NCBI RefSeq assembly: GCF_006345805.1
Contig: NC_043009.1
Span: 66,774,001-66,838,000, forward strand
Direction: 5' to 3'
DNA length: 64,000 nucleotides
Origin: Octopus sinensis
Lineage: Eukaryota
Shown here: in pieces, positions 38,292-49,214 of the stretch
How positions within the stretch are numbered: position 1 is the first letter of the stretch
Layout of the letters: every line of letters begins with the position of its first letter
Translations under genes and position numbers: made by a program
Notes under the pieces: generated by a model
What the model was told of the DNA's origin: nothing
Databases searched by the model: none
The model's input: the letters and a program-made list of their open reading frames with translations, nothing else

Positions 38292-38715
38292 TGTGTGTAT
38301 GCATGCAAATATGCGTGTGTATGTGCATGTGTGTTGCATCGCCCTCTTTGTGTATTACACTCGTAAAAATCTTCAATTTCCAAATTACATTTTTCATATA
38401 TTTTACATTTACAAAATATATTTTAAAATATTCTAACTGAAAATTAGATTTTCTATCATCCACATAAAATCTATTAAAAGTGACATTTTACAATATGTCA
38501 TATGTCAATGTTTTTACTTTTTCAACAGCTCAGATATTTTTACCATTCAATGAAAGCCGCATAGTTTTATATTACAGTTCTGAGAGCTTAGCTTATTCAT
38601 GTTTCATTTATAGATTACAACATTCACCAGTGGAGGCCACAGCCGTCCCGCTGGTTGGGTGTATCCTCGGAACAACCGCTTTTACGTTGTTGCTGCTTTT
38701 GTTATTGTCAGACAT

Positions 38716-39145
38716 GGGTATGTGGGTGAGAAGCTTGCTTCTTCGCGACCATGGAGTCTTAGGTTCAGTCCCACTGCGTGGCACCTTGGGTAGGTGTCTT
38801 CTACTGTAGTCCTGATACGACCAAAGTTTTGTGATTGGATTTGGTAGGCGGAAACTGAAAGAAGCCCATTGTATATGTGTGTGTGTGAGTGTGTGTGTAT
38901 GTATGTAAGTATTTATGTGTGTGTATGCATCTGTGTGTGTGTTTGCGTTGTATGAGTCCTCATTACCGCTTGACAACCAGTGTTGCTTTGTTTACGTCCC
39001 TGTAACTTATCAGTTCAACAAAAGAGACTGTTCGAATAAGTACCAGATTTAAAACATAATTACTCGAGTGGATTTGTTCAACTAAACCCTTGAAGGTGGT
39101 GCTCCAGCATGGCCACAGTCCAAGACTGCAAAAAAAGATAAAAGA
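38716..39145 (+). mobile_element. Family A SINE, diverged
   Basis: GGTTCAGTCCCACTGCGTGGCACCTTGGG...GGAAACTGAAAGAAGCCC...GGTGGTGCTCCAGCATGGCCACAGTC. Confidence 0.9.
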
Positions 39146-39582
39146 TAGAGAGAGAGATAAAGGCGAGTAAGATGGATGAGATTTGAGATGATGCCTGCTA
39201 TTTCTCTCAAATTACTCCTCCACGACGCGACTCTCTGGCTCATTGGGCTGTAAATCTTCGAGTCTCAATGGAGGATTACACTTGGCCCGGTTCCAAAATC
39301 TGTTCTTCTCAGGTCCTGGTTTCAAGAATATTCTAGTCAGCACGCTGCTAGCTAACGTAACATTTGTCTGCTTTCCAGTGTTTGCCGCCGCTTATATGTG
39401 CTGCCAGACGTTTTCCAACCTATGGTGCCTATGTACAGCCAGAGGAACAGAGCTATTTGCGATCTTATGACCTCACCGCAAAACAATGCATTGCCAACGA
39501 CCATATACGAACCGCCAATGTTTCGATTAGCTGTATATTACGTTACAAGCTCGATCAGCCTTTTTTCATATAAACGATTCTA

Positions 39583-39789
39583 ATTTTAGCACAAGGTCAG
39601 CAACTTGGTGTTAGGGAGAGGGTAAGCTGGTGAGATAGAACCCAGTTTTCAACTGGCATTATTTTTCGACCCCAAAAGCTGAAAGGCAAGGTCGAGCTGG
39701 GCCGAATTTGAACACAACGTAAAGAGCCGTTTTAAATGCCACTAATCATTTTGTCCGGTGCGCTAACGATTTTGCCAACTCACCGCCTT
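39583..39789 (-). mobile_element. Family B SINE, diverged
   Basis: TCGACCCCAAAAGCTGAAAGGCAAGGTCGAGC...GCTAACGATTTTGCCAACTCACCGCCTT. Confidence 0.8.
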
Positions 39790-39852
39790 CCTCATCATAT
39801 CAGCAGCACAAAAAAATCTATTTAGTGATGATTATATGTATGTATATACATG

Positions 39853-39930
<78 letters not shown>

Positions 39931-39944
39931 AATATATATGCTGA

Positions 39945-40255
39945 GACCCCCTCCAGTCATGACCGACCATGGGTTTGACTCCCAAGCACAAGTCCGAGCA
40001 AGTTTTTTTTATGGAAGACCAGCAGTCGCCCATGCATACCGGCCTCCCATCTCCACGCCACCAGTATTATCCAAGGGGAAGGCAAAGAGGCCGATGCAGC
40101 TTGACACCTCTGACGTCGCAACTCATTTCTACAGCTGAGTGAACTGGAGCAACGTGAAATAAAGTGCCTTGCTCAAGAACACAACACGCAACCCGGTCCA
40201 GAATTCGAACTCACAACCTCACGATCGTAAGCTCGACGCTCTAACCACTGAGCCA
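39945..40255 (-). mobile_element. Family E tRNA-derived SINE (Meta-like central domain)
   Basis: Minus strand ATGGCTCAGTGGTTAGAGCGTCGAGCTTACGATCGTGAGGTTGTGAGTTCGAATTC...GTGTTCTTGAGCAAGGCACTTTATTTCACGTTGCTCCAGTTCACTCAGCTG; body matches 45162-45400. Confidence 0.9.
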
Positions 40256-40851
40256 TATATATGTATGTATATATGCATGTATGTTTGTATGTATGTATGT
40301 ATGCATGTAATGTATGTATGTATGTATGTATGTATGTATGTATGTATGTATGTATGTATGTATGTATGTATGTATGTATGTAGAATCAGCAGGGTATATA
40401 ATAACACTTGGTAAAATCAGAGCCAATGCTCTAAAGCCACCATAAACTCACAATAAAGATACACACGGGCAATGCACTGAACATATTAGAAATAGTCGTA
40501 CCTTTGCGCTGAATACATCAGTAATGTATATTTCAATATCAATTGATTTCACCCTCTGTCTGACCAATATACTCTGAGATTTTCAGTTGAAATTACATTT
40601 TAACATCTATTTCTAAAATATTCACTTTAGTTCGTGTGCATTCCTTGCTTTAAACGTCCAGCTCCGGTTAAAAGAAAAATATCGTGAGCAAGAGTAAATT
40701 TCGTTTCAGTAGGGTATATAATACCACTTGCTATAATCAGAGTTGTGGTTCCAAAACCACCTCAAACTCACAATAAAGATACACACGAGAAATGCAATGA
40801 ACATAGAAATAGGCTTACCTTTAATAACGGTAATAATACATCTTTTTATAT

Positions 40852-40901
<50 letters not shown>

Positions 40902-41130
40902 GGAGGGGGGGGGTAGGAGAGACAGACGGACAGAGAGAGAAACAACTTCTTTTAAATCTCTGAGCGAGAGAAATACAGTAACAGTACCGGATAGTAATGT
41001 TTAGATGACAGTCCTATAAAGGACGATGTTACTGTTGATTTAGCCCCAGGAAAACATTTTTTTCCAACCGGCTATCGACACACAGTTTGTGTCCGTATAG
41101 CATCGCTCCCATCTCTAGACTTACGTGATA

Positions 41131-41174
41131 CTCACAGACCTTGGTTTCTGGATGTTGTCCGTCCTCAGTGTGAG
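41131..41174 (-). ncRNA. Type I hammerhead ribozyme, canonical core (copy 1)
   Basis: Minus strand CTCACA-CTGAGGA-CGGA-CAACA-TCCA-GAAAC-CAAG-GTC-TGTGAG. 6-bp stem I, stem II GGA/UCC with C.A at the base, near-palindromic stem III, GUC site; predicted cut 41137/41136. Confidence 0.85.
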
Positions 41175-41205
41175 ACAACCACAAGCTAGTGACGGAAGCT
41201 CTCTC

Positions 41206-41429
41206 CACTTGGCCTCTTTGAAAGTCAGATAGATCTGTCATTTTAATGAATTTTAATTACCTTTTACTGATTATATCTGAAAATAAACAGCAATTTTAGC
41301 AAAACATATTAAGCAACACTAATAATAAATCAAAAACATAAAAATAACAAGCTTTTGACAGTTTTATAGATATTTGAAAATTTATACTGCTATGATGCTA
41401 GGTGTTTCCATTATTTTGTCCAACCCCTG
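41206..41429 (-). mobile_element. Tc1-like transposon left end (TIR, 5' UTR, first ~12 codons), copy 1
   Basis: TA|CAGGGGTTGGACAAAATAATGGAAACACC; ATG at 41241 gives MTDLSDFQRGQV, a typical Tc1 transposase N-terminus. No right TIR seen. Confidence 0.75.
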
Positions 41430-41443
41430 TATATATGTATGTA

Positions 41444-41517
<74 letters not shown>

Positions 41518-41528
41518 TATATATATTA

Positions 41529-41565
<37 letters not shown>

Positions 41566-41807
41566 AGAGAGAGAAGAGAGAGGGGGGGGGTAGGAGAGAC
41601 AGACGACGACGAGAGAGAAACAACTTCTTTTAAATCTCTGAGCGAGAGAAATACAGTAACAGTACCGGATAGTAATGTTTAGATGACAGTCCTATAAGGA
41701 CGATGTTACTGTTTATTTAGCCCCAGGAAAACATTTTTTTCCAACCGGCTATCGACACACAGTTTGTGTCCGTATAGCATCGCTCCCATCTCTAGACTTA
41801 CGTGATA

Positions 41808-41851
41808 CTCACAGACCTTGGTTTCTGGATGTTGTCCGTCCTCAGTGTGAG
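41808..41851 (-). ncRNA. Type I hammerhead ribozyme, canonical core (copy 2)
   Basis: Identical to 41131-41174; predicted cut 41814/41813. Confidence 0.85.
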
Positions 41852-41882
41852 ACAACCACAAGCTAGTGACGGAAGCTCTCTC

Positions 41883-42105
41883 CACTTGGCCTCTTTGAAA
41901 GTCAGATAGATCTGTCATTTTAATGAATTTTAATTACCTTTTACTGATTATATCTGAAAATAAACAGCAATTTTAGCAAAACATATTAAGCAACACTAAT
42001 AATAAATCAAAAACATAAAAATAACAAGCTTTTGACAGTTTTATAGATATTTGAAAATTATACTGCTATGATGCTAGGTGTTTCCATTATTTTGTCCAAC
42101 CCCTG
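41883..42105 (-). mobile_element. Tc1-like transposon left end, copy 2
   Basis: Duplicate of 41206-41429; ATG at 41918. Confidence 0.75.
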
Positions 42106-42168
42106 TATATATGTATGTATGTGTGTGTATATTATAAATATATATATATATATATATCTATATAATAT

Positions 42169-42206
<38 letters not shown>

Positions 42207-42414
42207 AGAGAGATAATGGTGTCATTGAGACCCAAAGGTGTCAGTTAATGCTGAATAAGTGCTATAGACAGACTATAGTTAAGTTCCAGATTCGGTAATT
42301 TTGCTAATAAGGGGTTCAACGTTGGTTCTATGTTAGCGTGTGTATATAAGAATTTTTTGCGTAATAAGATAAAAACCAAGGCTGTGTAGATATTAGAGCA
42401 TTTATAAATAGAAG

Positions 42415-42466
42415 GTCTTACAGTTGTTTCTAGGATATTTATTAATTATATCCCTTCATCGGAGAC
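42415..42466 (-). ncRNA. Type I hammerhead ribozyme, variant core (CCGAUGA)
   Basis: Minus strand GTCT-CCGATGA-A-GGGATAT-AATTAATAA-ATATCCT-A-GAAAC-AACT-GTA-AGAC. Stem I GTCT/AGAC, 7-bp stem II, stem III ACAACUGU (one change from palindromic ACAGCUGU); predicted cut 42419/42418. Confidence 0.75.
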
Positions 42467-42542
42467 GGTGTGAGAGGATGGTTAAGTCATTTTGTATCAC
42501 ATCTAAACTATGACTTAACCATCCTCTCACACCGTCTCAGAT
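42458..42542. repeat. Perfect 29-bp inverted repeat with 19-nt loop
   Basis: GAGACGGTGTGAGAGGATGGTTAAGTCAT (42462-42490) pairs exactly with 42510-42538, with 3 more pairs beyond one mismatch. Confidence 0.95.
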
Positions 42543-44199
42543 ACATACATGCATACATACATACATACATACATACATACATACATACATACATACATAC
42601 ATACATACTTTATATACACAAATATTTTCATCTAACGAAATTTATTGAGAAATATGGCAATGAGACTTGTTTGGCAATCCCAGCAGACAAAGAGGTGAAT
42701 GCTTTGTCCCGGGGAGAGGAAAAGACGATTCTCTGAAAGAGACATTCCTGCGGATGGCAAACTCTATCCTAATCAAACCGAGAAAGGACTTCCTTTGGGG
42801 CGTTGCAGGAAACCAGACGTTTCCACCACTATATGTTCGAAAAAAAGAAAAGGATACCGAAGAGGAAGAAAGATGTTGTTAGCTTGTCCTGCACCGCCTT
42901 TTGGGCGTTGAAGCTCGATTCTGAAGCCGATTCCACCAAAATGCCGATGGGGAAAATATCACTGTCGGATACATCCTGTGTCATTTACTGCATTGACAAT
43001 TTGGGGGTTGACTGTGCATTGGGAAATTAGTAGCCGTTTTGGGTGACCGTTTTAAGAGACGTTTACTGAAGATCCGATGCAACAAAACCGAAACGCTCAT
43101 ATTTGTGGTCACTCAAATCAGTGACCACTCAGATCCCAAGGGTCCATTTCTCAAAGCTACAACCACTTCCAGCATTTGGGAATTTATACGACACCATAAC
43201 ATTCTTATACTCCAGCTTGACCGTCAACAACAATTTATCATTCGATTAAAAATCACCTCTCTTTGGCAGTCTTAGTAATCGACTTACTTTTCTTTAAAAC
43301 AACTCTATATGAGCAAACACACACACACACACACACATACGTGCTTCTCATTAATCCATACACTCACACAGATAGTACCACCTATCAACCACACCTCCTA
43401 CACACCAATCACTAAAACCATGGCTTACGCCACCGCCACACATACGCATTCGCACATAACTTTGTTCACATAATGAACAAATTTTTCGATCTCACCTGTA
43501 CATGTTTAAACACACTTCATATATATTTCGTTTCATGTAGTCACCAAAAAATCATCCCACACACACACACGCACACACAAACAAATACGCAAGCAAACAC
43601 AAACACATACCCTCCACGGCAACTTGTAGATATACCGCAAACTCGTATTTTACCTTTACTCATCATAATCACACATTCACGCTCATCCTTGCTCACTCAC
43701 ACACACAAATCTCACTCATACTTCGTTTCACTACAGCACCTCGCATGCTCACTTACATTACTTCCCTTGCATTTCACTCTTCTTCGCAAAAAACAACTTT
43801 TCACCCACTCCATTACTCCAAATTTGCTATTCAATCATTCCATACATCATAATAAACACCGTTTTTATATTCTCCATATATTTTCCTTTCATTAGTCTTT
43901 CCTTTCTTTCTCTTCTCTTTTTCTTGCATCACAGCATCAAATACATTCACTTTGTATTTTATCCACCGGTGTGTGCTTTTGTTTTTTGTTCCTATTGCCT
44001 GCTACTCGATTTCTTCCTGGTTATCAATTATTTACGGCATCACATTGATGCAGACTTAACCTAAATTATCTTTGGGTTTTTTTTCTAATGATTAGCAACA
44101 GTTGGATATCTTGGATTTTAATAAATTTATAAACTCTGCTATATGTACTCTGTACTTTCTCTCGTCTTCAAGTGCAAACGCACATGTATAGGTATATCT

Positions 44200-44240
<41 letters not shown>

Positions 44241-44610
44241 TATATATATGCATGTATATATAGTGTTCTGTCTCCACCTTTCATTTTCTCTTCTCCGTTT
44301 CTCTGTATAGAGAGATAGAGAGATGAGTGTGTTACAAAGAGGAGAAAGTGGGAAAAGGTCACACCTATGTATACATATATACATACGAAATAGCGGACTT
44401 CGTCTAACATTTTAGATTCATTATTCATGATTCCATTTACAACTCATTTCTTAATTTCAAAAGCAGAATCTTCGTCTTAGAGGAAGTTAATAACATTTCA
44501 GTTATATGCTGATAGCTGCAGGCCTTTTACAAAATGCCTTATATTTACACACTTGAACAGTGTATTTTTGGAGCTCACACACACACACAACACACACATC
44601 ACACACCCCA

Positions 44611-44675
<65 letters not shown>

Positions 44676-44994
44676 TTAAACTAATATCAGTCCTCTTGAG
44701 ACGCAACGCTTCACGCACTGATATCTTTCAAACCCTGCTACTTCTCAACGTCCGCTTCTTGCTTCTTTCTGATCTATTAAACTAACACTATTGCATTCAC
44801 CTAATCCACATTTACACACTCATGTTTATTTATGCTTTACATCCGATCCGGTTTCCTACAAAATTCTCTGTCCATTCTAACCCAATCTAATCCAACTCTA
44901 CACTTGTTTCCCAAACATCCACCGTTTGGAACGCCCTTCCAACATATATATATATATATATAATATATATAATATATAATATATATATATATAT

Positions 44995-45050
44995 ACACGA
45001 TGGGTTTCTTTAAGGTTCCGTCTACCAAACCCAATCACAACCCCGAATAA
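44995..45050 (-). mobile_element. Family A SINE internal fragment
   Basis: ACACGATGGGTTTCTTTAAGGTTCCGTCTACCAAACCC matches the GGTAGACGGAAACTGAAAGAAGCCC block. Confidence 0.55.
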
Positions 45051-45161
45051 CTGATTCACTTGTCAGAATCATTAGACAGTAGCCGGCATGATAAAATAGG
45101 AGCTTTATTTCGTGCCCCTAACGTTACCTTAAACGGATTTAGAAAATATATATATATATAT

Positions 45162-45400
45162 AGCAAGGCACTTTATTTCACGTTGCTCCAGTTCACTCAG
45201 CTGTAGAAATGAGTTGCGACGTCACTGGTGCCAAGCTGTATCGACCTTTGTCTTTCCCTTGGATAACACTGGTGGCGTGGAGAGGGGAGGCTGGTATACA
45301 TGGGCGACTGCTGGCCTTCCATAAACAACCTTGCCCGGACTTGTATCTAGGAAGGTAACTTTCTAGGTGCAATCCCATGGTCATTCATGACCGAAGGGGG
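45162..45400 (+). mobile_element. Family E SINE, 5'-truncated
   Basis: AGCAAGGCACTTTATTTCACGTTGCTCCAGTTCACTCAGCTGTAGAAATGAGTTGCGACG...CATGACCGAAGGGGG. Confidence 0.9.
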
Positions 45401-45535
45401 TATTTTATATATATATATATAGATATAGATATATATATAATTTAAATAAAGGTAAAAATTGTTAGATTAATATCAATTTTACCCAGTGGCCTAGCATACT
45501 GAAAAACTCTGAAGAATCAGAAAATTATATTACAT

Positions 45536-45796
45536 ACATATAAGAAGAATGACCACTAGGTGGAGTCCTAATATGACGGTCACACTGAGAATTTGCAAAC
45601 ATTTACGTAATGTAAATGGTAACAATGAAACCATGGTGACTAATCATTATATTTTGTATTTTTTTCATTTGTCTTGCATGCTTCACGTTATGGAGTTTTC
45701 CGAATTTTCTTGAAAACAATTTTTCTTAGTGGTCAGACCTCCTGGGGTCTACATTTAGTATATTAGAATCTACCTGGTGGTCATTCCTCTTATATA
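45536..45796. repeat. Segment bounded by ~37-bp imperfect inverted repeats
   Basis: TATAAGAAGAATGACCACTAGGTGGAGTCCTAATAT versus the reverse complement of the right end, TATAAGAGGAATGACCACCAGGTAGATTCTAATAT. Confidence 0.8.
45579..45641 (+). ncRNA. Degenerate hammerhead motif with extended stem II
   Basis: GTCACA-CTGAGA-ATTTG..CATTTAC-GTAAT-GTAAATG..CAAT-GAAAC-CATG-GT-GAC. One core base is missing, with an apparent ~4-nt deletion at the cleavage site; palindromic stem III ACCAUGGU. Confidence 0.55.
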
Positions 45797-45832
45797 TATA
45801 CATGCATATATATATATATTATATATATATAA

Positions 45833-45874
<42 letters not shown>

Positions 45875-47110
45875 GTGATCTCCTGGCTAGAGAATCACGC
45901 CAACGAACTACCACACCGCATCAAAAAAGAATTCGTGATAGAAGGAGTTAAATTCATCCTGGAAAATAACTTCTTCGCCTTCAATGACAACTTCTACCGA
46001 CAAAAATCGGGGACTGCGATGGGTACACGAATGGCCTCCTCCTTTGCCAACCTAGTCATAGGATATCTAGAGATCAGTCTGTATCGTAAGGTTCTAGAAA
46101 GATATGGCAGCCCTTTCTCCATCTACATAGAAAACAACTGGAAGAGATATCTAGATGACTGTTTCATCCTTTGGCATGAAAATATTGAGAAACTCATAGA
46201 ATTCCAAGAAATTTTAAACGGACTGGACGTAAACATCCAATTCACGATGGAATACAGCCAGCAACAACTCCCCTTCCTCGATATCCTCATTAAGAAAGCT
46301 AATAATGTAATAGAAACAGACATATATTATAAGCCTACAGACTCTAAGCAATATCTTCCATTCAATTCATGCCACCAGGATGAATATCCCCTTCAATCTA
46401 GCAAAAAGGATATGCACTATAGTCTCTAATGCAAACATCAGAGACACACAACTACAAGAACTAAAAGATACCCTTATCACCAGGAACTATCCACCTTCAC
46501 TTATTGACAAGTGCATTCAACGTGCCCTTCAACTTAACATCAAGGAACTGAGACATCCCAAATCAAAGAAAAACTTACCACTAAAAGCCTTACCATACAT
46601 CTCCACACACAACCCTCCCAATAACGAGACAGCCTAAATCCATGAAAAGTCTCCTAACACAAGCCCGAATTCACTCTTCAACACAGAAGCCGACAGTAAA
46701 AAAATGTGGAAGACCCAATTGCGGATATGCGATATCTATTGAGGGATCAGAGTTCTCCTTCAAACAGGGACAACGTTTACAGTGAAAAGCAACTTCACAT
46801 ATGCTCGGAGAACCTAATATACTCACTAACCTGCTCCGGGTGTCAAGAGCAGTACGTAGGCCAAACAAAAATAGTTTGCGTAAAAGAATGGCCCTGCACA
46901 GATCCCAGATAAAAATTCCCCCACCAAAACAGAAAAATAGCTTTCAGCCAACACATAGATACTTGCGCCAACAACAAAACACCAGGCTTCAGGATTTTCC
47001 CCCTCTACCAATTTAGGGACGATACAACCTCGAGACAACGAATAAGTAAAGAACTCTCCTTTATTACAAAATACAGGCCACTTCTTAACGGGTCTACGAC
47101 AAACGATTAA
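45875..47110 (+). pseudogene. Penelope-like element ORF fragment (reverse transcriptase plus GIY-YIG endonuclease), frameshifted
   Basis: FYRQKSGTAMGTRMASSFANL, WKRYLDDCF, LPFLDI, DIYYKPTDSKQYLPFNSCH, NIPFNLAKRICTIVS, then NLIYSLTCSGCQEQYVGQTKNSLRKRMALHRSQI (about 46800-46915). Confidence 0.92.
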
Positions 47111-47798
47111 TATACCTCAACTTTAGAATAAAAGAAATACACACACAAATATTACATTCCAAGAATCCATTACTAATCAGCCCCAATCACAGCTATAATC
47201 CATAACATGCCAACTTCAAGTCATACAACACCTCACTACTTTCACCCATTCATATTCTCCTTCTTCTGTTTTCTTCTTCTTCCTCTTCTCTTCATCATCA
47301 TCATATCATCATCATCGTCATCATCATCACCACCATCATCATCATCTTCTTCTTCTTCTCCTTCTCCTTCTTCTTCATCATCATCATCATCATCAACATC
47401 GTCATCTTTTTCTTCTTCTTCTTCTTCTTCTTCTTCTTTCTTCTTCTTCTTCTTCTTCTTCTGCTCACCTTCTACCTCTTAACTTTATCACTAATGCTTT
47501 TAGTAAAACACCTACGCAAATTCCATAAAACAAATCTCTCAATAGAAATATTCTCCTGAATTGAACTGCAACTGACCATTCAAAATACAACAATCAGGCA
47601 CTCCCAAATTTTTCCACCCCCTCTCCTCTTCAGCCTTCTTCTTCTTCTACCATACCAGATTCACAACGACCTCCAACACCAAGTGCAAACAAGGGAGTCA
47701 GAGAAAGGCAGAATGCCACTTATATTTGAACACTACTATACAAATATTCCTTTAAAAAAACTTTTCTTCTAATTTTTCTAAATTTAATTATTTATCGG

Positions 47799-47842
47799 TT
47801 ACAGTTGAAAAGGTCTCAAAATGACCGAAACCGGTACTGAAA
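47799..47842 (+). ncRNA. Degenerate minimal type I hammerhead at the PLE 3' end
   Basis: TTACAG-TTGAAAA-GGTC-TCAAAAT-GACC-GAAAC-CG-GTA-CTGAAA. All three stems pair, stem III is the palindrome ACCGGU, core has C3U and G8A changes. Confidence 0.7.
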
Positions 47843-47908
47843 TGTTCTTTATAAAATTATTTTAGCATTTTCTATTTTGACTTGTTTTTTCATATATATA
47901 TATATATA

Positions 47909-49165
47909 TCAGGTCATCCTATAAGTTCTGTGCGAATTTTGAATAAAGAAAACAAGTGATCAAATGTGATACTTAATTGAAATTTATTCATCAATGTACT
48001 TTTCCTGATTACCTATGACTTCCTTCCATCTATTTACAAGCTTTTTAATCCCATCAATGTAAAACTCTTTTGCTTTCAAAGCGAAGAACTCTGAAATGTC
48101 AGTTTCGACCTCCTCCGGGCTTGCGAAAGTTATGTCCCCCAAATGATTCTGTAAACTACGAAATACATGGTAGTCTGAAGGAGCAAGGTCGGGAGACAAG
48201 CTCTTCGATCTTCTGTGATCTGATCTTTGCAGTGTGGGGTCGCGCATTGTCCTGATGAAACATCATTCATTTTCGATTCACTAAAGCGGGTCTCTTTTAC
48301 TTTAAAGCTTGGTTCAAACGCTCTAATTGCCGACAGTAGAATTGAGCATTGATTGTTGACTTATATGGTAACAATTCAAAGTGAATTTCTCCTTTGCGAT
48401 CCCACCAGATAGAGAGAACCTTTTTTCCATGAAGTTCCCCTCTCGGTTGTGGTTGAGCTTTTTCCCTTTTACCAAGCCACTGTTTACGACGTTTAACATT
48501 TCGATAGGAGATCAATTTTTCGTCACCAGTCACAAGTGTGTTTAAAAATAGTGAAATGAGTTCGCGAGAATTGAGAGAAGAGCAGATGTCAACTCGGAAT
48601 TTTTCGGTTGCTTTCGGACAATTCATGAGGCACCAATTTTCCAAGTTTAGGAACCTTTCCAAGTTGTTGAAGATGACGATGAACAGTTGTATGCTTTGAA
48701 CTAAGCTTTATTGCCAGTTCTTCAACTGATAATGCAAGATTTTCTTCAGGTAATGCCCCAAGGAGCTTATCATCAAACTCAAATGGACATCCTGTTCGAT
48801 CTTCACCTTCAAGGCTGTAATCTCCACTTCTGAATTTAGCAAACCATCTTCTGAATGTTCTTTCATCCAAGCATTTTTTCCCATAAATTGAGTGTATGTC
48901 TCGAGTCGCTTCGGCTGCAGAGTTTCCTTTTTTGTACTCATAAAGCATTATGTGCCTTAAATGCTCTTTGAACACTTCCATGTTAGAAATGGCTTTAATC
49001 AAAGAAATTTTAATTCTATTATTCCGTAAAGTAATATTTAATTAGTTTAAATGTACACAAATGCATAAAAATAACGTTTGATTCCATTAGACATTCTAAA
49101 ATACTATTAAATTTCATTCAAATTTATAAAAGGTAAAATCGGACAGAACATATGGAATGACCTGA
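47909..49165 (-). mobile_element. Full-length mariner (DD34D) transposon, inactive
   Basis: Imperfect TIRs TCAGGTCATCCTATAAGTTCTGTGCGA / TCAGGTCATTCCATATGTTCTGTCCGA, TA on both sides, 1257 bp long. Confidence 0.95.
47984..48981 (-). pseudogene. Mariner transposase pseudogene
   Basis: MEVFKEHLRHIMLYEYKKG..WFAKFRSG..VPHEL, VTGDEK, HQDNARPH, SPDLAPSDYHVFRSLQN; broken by frameshifts and a stop. Confidence 0.95.
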
Positions 49166-49173
49166 TATATATA

Positions 49174-49214
<41 letters not shown>

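Larger units (their letters stand above)
40887..42130. repeat. Near-identical head-to-tail duplication, period 677 bp
   Basis: Unique sequence 40920-41450 recurs at about 41595-42125; the duplicated ORFs at 41029 and 41706 give the period. Confidence 0.95.

Noticed and set aside
43064-43110. CTGAAGA...GAAAC on the plus strand
   Set aside because: Stem II cannot pair and there is no stem III or cleavage triplet.
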